DNA from: Bacillales bacterium | GTDB taxonomy: Bacteria > Bacillota > Bacilli > JARBTR01 | DNA length: 64,000 nucleotides | Reading direction: 5' to 3' | Assembly (NCBI GenBank): GCA_029240105.1 | Contig: JARBTR010000002.1 | Location: 268,394-332,393, forward strand | Part shown: in pieces, positions 10,609 to 20,918 of the stretch | Layout of the letters: each line of letters begins with the position of its first letter | Position numbering within the stretch: position 1 is the first letter of the stretch | Notes under the pieces: model-generated | What the model was told of the DNA's origin: nothing | Database searches by the model: none | What the model saw: the letters and a program-made list of their open reading frames with translations, nothing else | Made by a program: the position numbers and the translations under genes

Positions 10609-11445
10609 CTATTCAACCATATACGTAAAGGAAATAGCTCCCGGTCCTGTATGAGTGCTTATAGTCGGACAAGTATGATGAATATAAATTTGTTCTTTTT
10701 TTACATAATCTTTAATTGCATCACAAAGATTATTTACATGTTCAAGGCCATCAGCATGTGCAATGCCTACATATTTAATTGTTTTTCCTTTAATATCCTC
10801 AGCAAATTGTTTTGCAAGAAACTTTATTACTTGCGAGTAACTACGAACCTTTGCTACAGGAGTATATTCACCACCTGCAAGGCTTGCGATTGGTTTAATA
10901 TTTAACATTGAACCAAGGAATCCCATACTTTTGCTAACTCGCCCACCTTTTACAAGGTTCTCCAAACGGTCGACAACGATGTAAAGTGATGTGCACTCAC
11001 GAACTTTATCTAATCGTTCCAAAATAGCATCAATACTAAAACCTTTTCTAGCCATTTCTACAGCTTCACGAATCTGGTAACTCATAGCATGTGAAATGTA
11101 TTGCGAATTATAACAAGTCACTTTTGAATTAGAAATTTCCGATGCAGCAACAGCAGAGTTATGTGTACCACTCATTTTGGTTGTGAGATTAATCGCTAGT
11201 ATTTCACTGCCATCTTTACCTAGTTCATCAAATACTTCTACAAATTTTCCGACAGGAGGCTGCGAAGTCTTTGGCAACTCCTTAGCGTTTGCCATGATTT
11301 GCATATAGTCTTCAGCTGAAAAATCAACACCGTCTATATATGAAAACCCATCAATAGTTGTTGATAGGGGCACTACAGTAATACCAAGTTCATCTATTGT
11401 TTCTTTACTTAAATCAACCGTTGAATCAGTGACAATTTTAATCAT
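10609..11445 (-). CDS. DegV family fatty-acid-binding protein
   Basis: 278 aa, MIKIVTDSTVDL... typical of DegV/FakB. Confidence 0.85.
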   Translation of the reverse strand: MIKIVTDSTVDLSKETIDELGITVVPLSTTIDGFSYIDGVDFSAEDYMQIMANAKELPKTSQPPVGKFVEVFDELGKDGSEILAINLTTKMSGTHNSAVAASEISNSKVTCYNSQYISHAMSYQIREAVEMARKGFSIDAILERLDKVRECTSLYIVVDRLENLVKGGRVSKSMGFLGSMLNIKPIASLAGGEYTPVAKVRSYSQVIKFLAKQFAEDIKGKTIKYVGIAHADGLEHVNNLCDAIKDYVKKEQIYIHHTCPTISTHTGPGAISFTYMVE

Positions 11446-11600
11446 TCATATACCACCTATTAATTGTTAGTCGAAGTTTATTATACATTCTTTCATAAAA
11501 TGTATATAGCCTTTCTCAAAAAAATACATATTTTTATTTGATAGTACTAGACATATATTTTTTAAAGAACCCAACATTAAGCATAAGCTTATAAAAAAAA

Positions 11601-11616
11601 GTGGCGTTTAAGCCAC
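11601..11616 (-). terminator. Rho-independent terminator ending the hya-hyp operon
   Basis: GTGGC-gtttaa-GCCAC hairpin, followed on the minus strand by a U9 run, 40 nt after the hypE stop. Confidence 0.5.
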
Positions 11617-11658
11617 TCGGATTTTTAAAAATTAATTTTTTTTTTGTTATTTGTTATT

Positions 11659-12660
11659 CTAACAAATTCTTGGAAGCATAACTCCAGCCAAGCGCGATAA
11701 TCTACGCTTTGCTCCAAGTGGTGTTTCAAGCATAAGTTGTCCAATCCCAATTTCAGAAACGGATCCAATTTTAGTGGCATTTTGACCGGTTTTAAATTCT
11801 TTCATGATAGTAAGTACTTTTTCTTCGTCCTCTTGTGCGCAAATAATAATAACTTTACCTTCATTGGCCATATAGAGTGGATCAAATCCTACAATATCAC
11901 ATGCTCCGTGAACTTCATTACGAATAGGAATATTACGTTCTTTAATAATTATCTTACATTGAAAATCTTCTGCAATTTCCACTAAGGATGTTGCAAGTCC
12001 ACCTCTAGTAGGATCACGCATAATTCTTATTGAAGCAACTTCAGCTTGGAGTTTGTCAATCATATCAGTCAAGACTGCACAATCACTTTCAATATCCGAA
12101 GTAATACCAAGTTGTCCCCTTGCTGTCATAAGGGCGACGCCATGATCACCGATCGTTCCATTAATTAAAACAGAATCTCCAGCCTGAATTTCATATGGAT
12201 TTGGTCGTTTATGAACGTACATTCCAACTGCAGTAGTATTGATAAACATACCATCAGCACTACCCTTTTCAACTACCTTTGTATCTCCTGCAACAATTTT
12301 AACCCCAAATTTATCTGCTTCATCACGCATCGATTTAACTATTGTTTTTAGGTCATCTACTGAAAATCCCTCTTCAATAATAAATCCGCAAGTAAGATAC
12401 ATTGGTTTCGCACCAGATACAGAAATATCATTTAATGTACCGGTAATCGCAAGTTTTCCAATGTTACCTCCTGGAAAGAATAAAGGTTTTACAACAAATG
12501 AATCTGTTGACATAACTACTTCACCACTTGTCCATGGCATAGTTGCAGCGTCAAAAATTGCTTCTTTTTCACTTGAAAATGGCTCAACAAATACAGCTTG
12601 AATCAATTCATGAGACTGCTCTCCGCCATCTCCATGTGCCATCGTTATAAATTTTTCCAT
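11659..12660 (-). CDS. hypE: [NiFe]-hydrogenase maturation protein HypE (carbamoyl dehydratase)
   Basis: 333 aa. AIR-synthase-like fold and the conserved C-terminal PRIC. Confidence 0.9.
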   Translation of the reverse strand: MEKFITMAHGDGGEQSHELIQAVFVEPFSSEKEAIFDAATMPWTSGEVVMSTDSFVVKPLFFPGGNIGKLAITGTLNDISVSGAKPMYLTCGFIIEEGFSVDDLKTIVKSMRDEADKFGVKIVAGDTKVVEKGSADGMFINTTAVGMYVHKRPNPYEIQAGDSVLINGTIGDHGVALMTARGQLGITSDIESDCAVLTDMIDKLQAEVASIRIMRDPTRGGLATSLVEIAEDFQCKIIIKERNIPIRNEVHGACDIVGFDPLYMANEGKVIIICAQEDEEKVLTIMKEFKTGQNATKIGSVSEIGIGQLMLETPLGAKRRLSRLAGVMLPRIC

Positions 12661-12678
12661 GGTTCTAGTTTCTCTCCT

Positions 12679-13788
12679 TTATTCCTCACGCATAAAGTTG
12701 TAGTAGGCAGCACAAGATCCCTCAGATGATACCATACAAGGTCCTATTGGATTCACTGGTTTACACGCCTTACCAAACAATGGACATGCTGGTGGCTCTA
12801 TCAATCCACGAATAATTTCCCCACATTTACACTTTGTTTTTCTTGCTTCTGGTATCTCAATATCAAACTTTCTCTTAGCATTAAATTGGTTAAATTCCGG
12901 TTTAAAGTCCATTCCACTTTTTGAAATAACACCCATTCCACGCCAAGGTTCATCAGCTATTTCAAAAAATTCAGCCATTAAATCTTGGGCTACTTTGTTC
13001 CCTTTTTTCGATACTACAAATGGATAGTCATTAATGATTTCTGCTTTTCCGCTAAGTAAACAATGTGTGAGTCGGTAAAGTCCACTCAATAGTTCAACTG
13101 GCTCAAATCCACTAATAATACCTGGTACATTGTACTCGTCTCTTAAAAAGTGATAAAACTCTTCACCAGTGACAATTGAAACATGGCCCGGCAACAAAAA
13201 TCCGTCCACTTTTACTTCACCTAAGCTAATTAGGTAACGTAAAATTGGCTCAACCAACTTTGTATTCATCCAAATTGAATAATTTTCTACATCTAATCTC
13301 ACAGCTTCTTTAATAGATGCTCCAAGAAGTGGAATCGTAGTCTCAAACCCTATACCAAGGAAAACAACTTCCTTAGTTGGATTTTCACGTGCAATTTTTA
13401 CAGCATCCAATGGACTATAAACGATTCGTACATCTTTACCTTGAGATTTTGTTTGCATCAATGTGTAGCGACTTCCAGGTACACGCATCATATCTCCAAA
13501 AGTGCAAACGATAACATTTTCTTTGTTCGATAATTCTATCATCGAATCTATAGAGGTTTGGTCTGTAACACAAACTGGACATCCAGGGCCAGCTATTAAG
13601 TGAACATGATCTTTGATTGCATACTTTACCCCGGATTTTGCAAATGCCTGCGTGTGAGACCCGCAAACTTCCATCAAAACAGGCTTTCGTCCGTGTTTTG
13701 CGTAAAATAAATCAGCAACTTCTTTTACTTTATCTAGCAACTCAATGGAAAAATCAGCATCGCTAAACTTTTCTAAAATTTCTTTCAT
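12679..13788 (-). CDS. hypD: [NiFe]-hydrogenase maturation protein HypD
   Basis: 369 aa with conserved CGxH, GPGCPVC and CPVC motifs. Confidence 0.9.
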   Translation of the reverse strand: MKEILEKFSDADFSIELLDKVKEVADLFYAKHGRKPVLMEVCGSHTQAFAKSGVKYAIKDHVHLIAGPGCPVCVTDQTSIDSMIELSNKENVIVCTFGDMMRVPGSRYTLMQTKSQGKDVRIVYSPLDAVKIARENPTKEVVFLGIGFETTIPLLGASIKEAVRLDVENYSIWMNTKLVEPILRYLISLGEVKVDGFLLPGHVSIVTGEEFYHFLRDEYNVPGIISGFEPVELLSGLYRLTHCLLSGKAEIINDYPFVVSKKGNKVAQDLMAEFFEIADEPWRGMGVISKSGMDFKPEFNQFNAKRKFDIEIPEARKTKCKCGEIIRGLIEPPACPLFGKACKPVNPIGPCMVSSEGSCAAYYNFMREE

Positions 13789-13811
13789 TCGGATACTCCT
13801 TCAGATAGAGA

Positions 13812-14081
13812 TTAACGGTTTACAACGGGATTACTTTCCCCAATTGGTGATTGCCCACCAGCTTCACGTGCTTCTGTTATCATTTTCCATGTTTCTAAGC
13901 TTTCTAAAGCTGCTTCTTCATCAATAATGGACATAGCTTGTCCTGCATGTACGATGACATAGTCTCCCACTTTAACATCCTGAACAAATATGATGCCTAC
14001 AGTCATTTTTGATCCCATAACATCTACAACAGCTTGGTATTCTTCCTTTTCAATAACTTTTGCAGGTACTCCAACACACAT
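13812..14081 (-). CDS. hypC: [NiFe]-hydrogenase maturation chaperone HypC
   Basis: 89 aa starting MCVGVPAKV (the essential N-terminal Cys2). Confidence 0.85.
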   Translation of the reverse strand: MCVGVPAKVIEKEEYQAVVDVMGSKMTVGIIFVQDVKVGDYVIVHAGQAMSIIDEEAALESLETWKMITEAREAGGQSPIGESNPVVNR

Positions 14082-14125
14082 TTGTAAAATCCCCTTTTTT
14101 TACTAAAATTTGAATTACTATTGCA

Positions 14126-16372
14126 TTAAACTCTTATTGCAGCTGCTGCAACAAGTTGACCATAAGATAGACCACCATCGCCTGTTGGCACATTTATATG
14201 ATGGTAAACATCATAACCGAATCTAGTTAGTTCTTTTGTTAATTCACTTAGAAGATACATATTGTGAAAACTACCACCAGATAGGACAACTTTACCAGGC
14301 TGTAGAGCATATAATTTTTTAATAAAGCTTTCTACTATCGTTTTTTGGAACTTCCCAGCAATTTTACTTATAGGAACCCCTTCATTTTTATCTCGAATGA
14401 TTTCAGTAATCATTTTTCCAAAATGTAAGGTATCATCAATCCAGTGGATAGAATAAGTTTCATTTGTTTCTTCCGCAACTTCTGATAGTAAAATAGCAGC
14501 TTGTCCATCATATGTGCTTATTTCACAAATTCCTAATATCGCACTAACAGCATCATATAAACGTCCACAAGATCCGGCTAGTGGTGAATTGATACCCTTT
14601 TGGACCATCTCATTCATGACTGAAATCAGATTTTCTTTACCTGGAAATTGTTGATTAGCCATTTTATATCCGACTTGTCCATATAAATGGATTAGCATCC
14701 CTACTGCATTTCTCCATGGCTCACGAACAGCTTTGTCCCCACCTGGTAGTGGCGTATAATTCAAATGGCCAATTCTATTAAACTCTCTCTTGTTACCATA
14801 GAAAATTTCATATCCCCAAATATTGCCGTCAAGCCCAAACCCTGTGCCATCTAATATGATTCCATAACAATTTTCAGATATATTATTTTCTTCCATGCAT
14901 CCAGCCATATGTGCATGGTGGTGCTGAATTTCAATAACCTCATTGAATGAGTATGATTTTGCTATATTTCTAGTGGCATAAAGTGGATGTTTATCGATAA
15001 CAGCAGTTTGATTAGGAACAGTTGTCCATTGCATTAAATGATAAAGCTCATTCTTGAAATGATCCTCCATTTCAATATGATCCATTTCACCAATATGTGG
15101 ACCTATAATAATCTGTTCGCCACGACCTATTGCAAAAGTATTTTTCATCTGCCCACCAAAGGCAACAATACCGTTCACATCCTGTGAAGCGTTTAAGGGA
15201 TCAGGTGAAAATCCTCTTGAACGCCTGATAATAGTAAGCTCTTCTCCATTACATTCAACAACAGAATCGTCAATCGGATGAAGAATTTCTCTGTTATGCA
15301 TTAAAACACAGTCAGCTATATCTTTTACATATTCAAATGCCTCTGAATCTCTGTATAGAATTGGCAATCCAGAAGGGTTTGCACTAGTTGCAATAATAAA
15401 TGGCAATGTTTTTTCATCTAACAACAGGTGATGCATAGGTGTATATGGTAGCATAATCCCTATCTTACTTGTTCCAGGTGCAACTGAATTTGCTATCGTT
15501 TCAATACTATTCTTTTTTAATAATACAATTGGTGCTTCAGGAGATGTTAAGATACTTTCCTCAAACTGAGATATATTTGCAATTTTTTGAGCAAACTGTT
15601 TTGAAATCGCCATAATAGCCAATGGTCGGTCAGGACGATTTTTTCTTAATCTTAAAAGTCTAACAGTTTCTTCATTAGTTGCATCACAACACAGGTGGTA
15701 ACCACCAATCCCTTTTATAGCAACTATTTTACCTTCTAATAACAACTTTCTTGTTTCATGAACAATATCGTTCACTTGAATTTCATTTCCTGTAATTTCA
15801 TATAATTTGAGCTGTGGACCACATTTTGGACATGCAATCGGTTGGGCATGATGCCTTCTATTTAGAGGATCATTGTACTCTTTTGCACAATCGTCACACA
15901 TCGGAAAGTTTTTCATTGAAGTTACAGGGCGATCGTAAGGAAGACTAGAAATTATCGTATATCTTGGACCACACTGAGTACAGTTTATAAAAGGATAATT
16001 ATATCGGAAATTTGAGGGGTCCCTCATCTCTTCCAAACATTCGTCACAAACAGCAGCGTCAATTGGGATAACTAACGAAGAACTTCCCTTTGATTCACTC
16101 GGAATAATTGTAAAATCATCAAATGCTTCATATGAAGCTTCAAATGATTTTATTTCTGTGATTTTTGATAGTCTTGGGGATTTCAGTCTAATATCTGAAA
16201 CAAAAGACTCTAGATTTTGAAAACTGTCTGACTCAACATGAATTTTTACACCATCCATGTTGTTTTGAACTGTACCTTTTAGTCTATATTGATCGGCTAG
16301 TGAAAAAATAAAAGGACGGAATCCAACACCTTGAACCCGCCCCTTTACTGTTACTTTTATTGCTTTTGACAT
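14126..16372 (-). CDS. hypF: Carbamoyltransferase HypF
   Basis: 748 aa. Acylphosphatase domain, two Zn-finger CxxC pairs, YrdC and Kae1-like domains. Overlaps hypB by 16 nt. Confidence 0.9.
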   Translation of the reverse strand: MSKAIKVTVKGRVQGVGFRPFIFSLADQYRLKGTVQNNMDGVKIHVESDSFQNLESFVSDIRLKSPRLSKITEIKSFEASYEAFDDFTIIPSESKGSSSLVIPIDAAVCDECLEEMRDPSNFRYNYPFINCTQCGPRYTIISSLPYDRPVTSMKNFPMCDDCAKEYNDPLNRRHHAQPIACPKCGPQLKLYEITGNEIQVNDIVHETRKLLLEGKIVAIKGIGGYHLCCDATNEETVRLLRLRKNRPDRPLAIMAISKQFAQKIANISQFEESILTSPEAPIVLLKKNSIETIANSVAPGTSKIGIMLPYTPMHHLLLDEKTLPFIIATSANPSGLPILYRDSEAFEYVKDIADCVLMHNREILHPIDDSVVECNGEELTIIRRSRGFSPDPLNASQDVNGIVAFGGQMKNTFAIGRGEQIIIGPHIGEMDHIEMEDHFKNELYHLMQWTTVPNQTAVIDKHPLYATRNIAKSYSFNEVIEIQHHHAHMAGCMEENNISENCYGIILDGTGFGLDGNIWGYEIFYGNKREFNRIGHLNYTPLPGGDKAVREPWRNAVGMLIHLYGQVGYKMANQQFPGKENLISVMNEMVQKGINSPLAGSCGRLYDAVSAILGICEISTYDGQAAILLSEVAEETNETYSIHWIDDTLHFGKMITEIIRDKNEGVPISKIAGKFQKTIVESFIKKLYALQPGKVVLSGGSFHNMYLLSELTKELTRFGYDVYHHINVPTGDGGLSYGQLVAAAAIRV

Positions 16373-17016
16373 GCGTTATAGGCGTCCTTTATCCACTGAA
16401 TCCATGTGTCAAATCCTTCTCCACTTCGAGCTGAAAGTGAAATAATAGAAGAATTCGCATTTAATGCTTCTAAATCTTTTTTAGCCATTTCAATATCAAA
16501 ATCAACAAAAGGTAATATATCAATTTTGTTCAATAACACCAATTCTGTTCTCATAAACATGGTTGGATACTTTGGAATTTTATCATTTCCTTCTGGCACG
16601 CTTAAAACAGCTACCTTATGTGTTTGCCCTAAATCATATCCTGAAGGACAAACAAGGTTACCAACATTCTCAATAAAAAGAATATCAACCTCAGAAAAAT
16701 CAAACTCTGGTAATACGGATGCAATCATACGTGCATCTAAATGACAACCACCATGTGTATTAATCTGCACAGCTTGTGCGCCAGTTTCACGGATACGATC
16801 TGCATCTTGACTCGTCGCTAGGTCACCTTCAATTACAGCAATCTTAAATTCTGAGGATAATCTTCGGATTGTTTCACAAAGAGTTGTTGTCTTACCAGCA
16901 CCTGGTGAACTCATTAAGTTCACTACTAAAGTGTTTGTTTTTGTGAACAAATCTCTGTTGAAATCAGCAGACAAATTGTTATTTGTCAAAACATCAGTAC
17001 GAAGTTCTACTTTCAA
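16357..17016 (-). CDS. hypB: Hydrogenase nickel-incorporation GTPase HypB
   Basis: 219 aa with P-loop GAGKTT and a CH motif. No His-rich stretch. Confidence 0.85.
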   Translation of the reverse strand: MKVELRTDVLTNNNLSADFNRDLFTKTNTLVVNLMSSPGAGKTTTLCETIRRLSSEFKIAVIEGDLATSQDADRIRETGAQAVQINTHGGCHLDARMIASVLPEFDFSEVDILFIENVGNLVCPSGYDLGQTHKVAVLSVPEGNDKIPKYPTMFMRTELVLLNKIDILPFVDFDIEMAKKDLEALNANSSIISLSARSGEGFDTWIQWIKDAYNACQKQ

Positions 17017-17021
17017 AAAAA

Positions 17022-17372
17022 TTAACTCCCTTCATAGGACTTTACTTGGAAAGTCTCACCTTTGATTAAATTCCCAGTCGGCATGCCGCATCCTGGGCAA
17101 ATTGTGATCTTTCGATCTGGTATATAAGTAGTGTTGCACTCAATGCAACATGCTACAGCTTCTTCAATGTCAAATTTTATTTCTGCACTTTGATCAAAAA
17201 TGTGATTATATTGTTCTTTATAAATACTGAATGCCATTTCAAGTGCTTCTGGCATTGCTTGACTTAATTTCCCTACTGTTAATTCAACCTTTGTTACTTT
17301 TGAAAATCCTTGTCTTTGAGCATCCTCCCAAACTATCTGAAGAATGTCACCCATTAAAGCCATTTCATGCAT
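17022..17372 (-). CDS. hypA: Hydrogenase nickel-insertion protein HypA
   Basis: MHEMALMGDIL... N-terminus with a CxxC-N13-CxxC zinc site. Start is more likely the second ATG (17372, RBS AGGA 8 nt upstream) than 17381. Confidence 0.8.
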   Translation of the reverse strand: MHEMALMGDILQIVWEDAQRQGFSKVTKVELTVGKLSQAMPEALEMAFSIYKEQYNHIFDQSAEIKFDIEEAVACCIECNTTYIPDRKITICPGCGMPTGNLIKGETFQVKSYEGS

Positions 17373-17439
17373 TTTATTCATCCTACTTTATATGACATTA
17401 GTAAAACAGATGGGTTCAAGATTATTATACTTGAACCAT

Positions 17440-17856
17440 CTATTTTCTTCTAATATACCATTTTTCATTTCTTTTTTTTATTTCAGTTCTAGTAACCTCT
17501 AAGTCTCCTTCGAAATTTACTAGAGAAAGTGATTGATCACAAATAAAGCATTTTGCCTTTTTGTCAAAAGCGGTGATCATTATCAAACTTTTACAAGTTG
17601 GACATTGTTTTTTGAATGCTTGAATGTTTTCACCTTGGATTATCAAATTAAAGGATTCATCAGCAAGATAAAAATCACGAACTCCCCACTCAATAGTTGT
17701 ATCAATTGGAGGTAGCTCAGACCATTTTTCACCACTTAAAATGGATGATGCATCATCTACTTGTTCAACTTTTTCTTCTAAAAAAGGAGAAAAAATACCT
17801 TTTAATGTTTCGCCAAAGCTATTCTTCATTTCTTTCAAAAAATCACTACGATTCAT
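17440..17856 (-). CDS. Uncharacterized hydrogenase-operon protein with a C-terminal Cys4 zinc-ribbon
   Basis: 138-151 aa ORF between hyaD and hypA, in the same orientation. CPTCKS-N13-CFICDQ motif. No family recognised. Confidence 0.5.
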   Translation of the reverse strand: MNRSDFLKEMKNSFGETLKGIFSPFLEEKVEQVDDASSILSGEKWSELPPIDTTIEWGVRDFYLADESFNLIIQGENIQAFKKQCPTCKSLIMITAFDKKAKCFICDQSLSLVNFEGDLEVTRTEIKKRNEKWYIRRK

Positions 17857-18331
17857 TTGATCTCCAAGACTCAACAATTTTTTTAACTTCTTCAATAAGT
17901 AATTTTGCTGTCTCTTTACCTTGATCGGTAACTTCTGGGCAAAGCGCTAGTGAATACGGCTGCATACCTATCATTATGATATTCTTTGGATATTTATCCC
18001 TGAATTGAGCAGCAGCTAAAACTTCAGCAAACCCCATTTGGTGAATAGACATTTTTACACCAAAGTATTTAGGTATTTCTTCGCCTTCAATTCGTATGAA
18101 TGTCCCAGGCTCTTTACCAGCGTTAATAGCATCAATAATTAATAAATTTTCTGTTTCTTCAACAAAGGTTAGCAATTTCATTCCATCGGTCGAACCGTCT
18201 TCAACTAAAACATCTTCACACTCACCAAAGATTTGTTGAAGAAAGGGGATACAGTATACACCGATCCCCTCGTCTGAATAAAGAGTATTGCCAATCCCAA
18301 GTATAGTAATCTTACTTGGTGAATTATTCAT
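17846..18331 (-). CDS. hyaD: Hydrogenase maturation endopeptidase (HyaD/HybD family)
   Basis: 161 aa. ILGIGNTLYSDEGIGV motif. Overlaps the cytochrome b gene by 4 nt. Confidence 0.8.
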   Translation of the reverse strand: MNNSPSKITILGIGNTLYSDEGIGVYCIPFLQQIFGECEDVLVEDGSTDGMKLLTFVEETENLLIIDAINAGKEPGTFIRIEGEEIPKYFGVKMSIHQMGFAEVLAAAQFRDKYPKNIIMIGMQPYSLALCPEVTDQGKETAKLLIEEVKKIVESWRSNES

Positions 18332-19038
18332 TCTCTTACTAGGTAATCTTCACGGAAAGCTAAGTAGATATGAGCTACCATGAATATCATTGTTCCCCAT
18401 GCAGCACCTTGATGCCAAATGTGCAATTTTACACTGTTTCCAAACACATGCGGTACCCAACCTAAAATGTAAGTATTCATCATAAAATGTGTACCTTGTT
18501 GTGGTTCGAAGAACATGTAAAGACCTGTAATACTTAAAATGATTGAACATAATCCAAAGAAAATCCAATATGCAAATTGAGCTAAAGCGTTATGACCAAT
18601 TGTATGAGGTTTTTTGTTTGGTAAGAAAATATAAAACTTAAGAGATTCCCATAATCCACGGATAAATCCAGGTTTATAAATATCAAAAGTTGTATAACGA
18701 TTTCCTACAAAAGTCCAGTATATGCGGAATAACAGTGCCGCCATAAAGACAAATCCAGTAACGAAATGGACCCATCTTAACCATCCCATTAGGAAATCAG
18801 TTGCATGAGTTTCAAATCTTGCACTAGAGAATGCAAGAGCGATATACAAACCAGTAAACATTAAGACGATTATCGCTAAGAAGTTAACCCAGTGCCAAAT
18901 TCGAACTGGAAGTTCCCATACAAGAACCTTAACTTTTCCATCGCCTAAATCTTTAATTTTCGCTTGGCGTTTTGGATTATAAAAGTCCTCATAGTTATGA
19001 GCACCGAAGATATGATCCATTAGTCCTTTTTTCTTCAT
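18328..19038 (-). CDS. hyaC: Ni/Fe-hydrogenase b-type cytochrome subunit (HyaC-like membrane anchor)
   Basis: 236 aa with four TM helices and conserved His ligands. Positioned after the large subunit. Confidence 0.8.
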   Translation of the reverse strand: MKKKGLMDHIFGAHNYEDFYNPKRQAKIKDLGDGKVKVLVWELPVRIWHWVNFLAIIVLMFTGLYIALAFSSARFETHATDFLMGWLRWVHFVTGFVFMAALLFRIYWTFVGNRYTTFDIYKPGFIRGLWESLKFYIFLPNKKPHTIGHNALAQFAYWIFFGLCSIILSITGLYMFFEPQQGTHFMMNTYILGWVPHVFGNSVKLHIWHQGAAWGTMIFMVAHIYLAFREDYLVRE

Positions 19039-19174
19039 TCGTTTTCCCTCCTATAGTTTAGATTTAGAAGAAAATTATGCCTATCTCTTTACGCTAATTG
19101 CATATGAGTTAGATTTCTAACTCATATACAATTTTTATTAAGAAATTTATATTTTTCTTCTACTTTTGTGTCTA

Positions 19175-20899
19175 TTAACCTAACTTGATTTCAGTTGTTT
19201 GTTTGTTTTCTAAATCCGTTAAGTGAACAGCACAAGCTAAACAAGGGTCGAATGAGTGAATTACACGAATGATTTCTAATGGTTGTTCTTTATCTGCTAA
19301 AGGAGTTCCCATTAGTGAAGCCTCATAAGGTGCAATTTGGTTTTCGCCTACACCTTTAGGTGAAGCATTCCAAGTAGTTGGAACGATTGCTTGATAATTA
19401 GCAGTTTTTCCATCTTCAATAACAATCCAGTGTCCTAAGAAACCGCGTGGTGCTTCAATTAAACCGCCACCTTTAGCTGTCTTAGGCCATGTGCTTGGAT
19501 CCCATTTAGAGCTATCAAATGTAGTTGTTTGACCGTTTTTGATTGCTTTTAACAGAGCGTCCATATCTTCACGGCCCCAGTCAGCAATCAACTTCGTTTC
19601 AAGACCACGAGCAGCTGTACGTCCAAGAACTGTAAACAAAGCAGAAATAGGAAGTCCTAATTTCTCTAATGTTCCATTAACAATATCTTGAATGTCCTTT
19701 TTACCAGCAGCATAACCAACTACCATACGTGCTAAAGGACCAACTTCCATTGGATGTCCCTTCCAACGAGGAGCTTTACACCAAGTGTATTTCTTATCTG
19801 TATCAAGGTTTTTGTATTCCTTTTTAGGACCTGTGTAATTGAAAGTTGTTTCACCATCATAAGGGTGCTTACCTTTGCCACCATCTTTTCCATCATAAGT
19901 GTACCAAGCATTATCAATATACTCTTGAATTTCTGATGGATCCTCAGGGTCTACAGGTAGAACATCATTTAAGTTTCCGTTTAAGATAGCACCACGAGGC
20001 ATACGGTATGATGGAACATCATTGAAATCTTTTGGAGCAAAATCTCCAATTGATAAGAAGTTTTGGATACCGCCACCATATGTAGCATCTTTATAGAAAC
20101 TTGCAATTGCTAACAAGTCAGGAATATAAACTTCGTTAATGAACTTGATACCATCATCAATTAATTTGCTAACATGCATTAATTTCTCTGCATGGATAGC
20201 ATTGTCAGAGTTGATATCGATTGGTGTAGCCATACCACCCACTTGGAAGTGAGGATGTGGGTTTTTACCACCAAGAATTGTGTGAACTTTAACGATTTCT
20301 TTTTGCCAATCTAAAGCTTCAAGGTAGTGAGCAACAGCCATTAAGTTTGCTTCTGCAGGTAACTTGTAAGCTGGGTGGCCCCAATATCCGTTAGCAAAAA
20401 TACCAAGTTGTCCACTTGTAACTAATTTTTTCACTTTATCTTGGATATCTTTGAAGTATCCAGGTGAAGATTTACTCCAAGGTGAAATAGATTGTGCAAG
20501 TTTAGATGTTGCTTCAGGATCAGCAGAAGCAGCACTAATTACGTCTACCCAGTCCAATGCATGTAAATGGTAGAAATGCACCACATGGTCATGCATATAT
20601 TGAGCTTCAAGCATTACGTTACGTACCAAATGGCCAGCAAGCGGAATTTTAATATCTAAAGCTGCTTCAACTGAACGTACTGATGCTAAGGCATGCGTTG
20701 AAGTACAAACGCCGCAGATACGTTGAATGAAAGCCCAAACATCGCGTGGGTCACGATCTTTAACAATTAATTCTAATCCGCGCACAGCTGTACCTGAACT
20801 GTATGCCTCTTTAATTATACCTTTTTCGTCGATATCAACTTCCACACGGAGGTGGCCTTCGATACGAGTAATTGGATCGACTACGATTCTTTCAGACAT
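19175..20899 (-). CDS. hyaB: [NiFe] uptake hydrogenase large subunit (group 1)
   Basis: 574 aa. N-terminal RICGVCTSTH (L1) and C-terminal DPCLACAVH (L2) Ni-binding motifs, followed by a 15-aa cleavable extension. Confidence 0.9.
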   Translation of the reverse strand: MSERIVVDPITRIEGHLRVEVDIDEKGIIKEAYSSGTAVRGLELIVKDRDPRDVWAFIQRICGVCTSTHALASVRSVEAALDIKIPLAGHLVRNVMLEAQYMHDHVVHFYHLHALDWVDVISAASADPEATSKLAQSISPWSKSSPGYFKDIQDKVKKLVTSGQLGIFANGYWGHPAYKLPAEANLMAVAHYLEALDWQKEIVKVHTILGGKNPHPHFQVGGMATPIDINSDNAIHAEKLMHVSKLIDDGIKFINEVYIPDLLAIASFYKDATYGGGIQNFLSIGDFAPKDFNDVPSYRMPRGAILNGNLNDVLPVDPEDPSEIQEYIDNAWYTYDGKDGGKGKHPYDGETTFNYTGPKKEYKNLDTDKKYTWCKAPRWKGHPMEVGPLARMVVGYAAGKKDIQDIVNGTLEKLGLPISALFTVLGRTAARGLETKLIADWGREDMDALLKAIKNGQTTTFDSSKWDPSTWPKTAKGGGLIEAPRGFLGHWIVIEDGKTANYQAIVPTTWNASPKGVGENQIAPYEASLMGTPLADKEQPLEIIRVIHSFDPCLACAVHLTDLENKQTTEIKLG

Positions 20900-20918
20900 T
20901 TTTTAAACCCTCCTAGGA

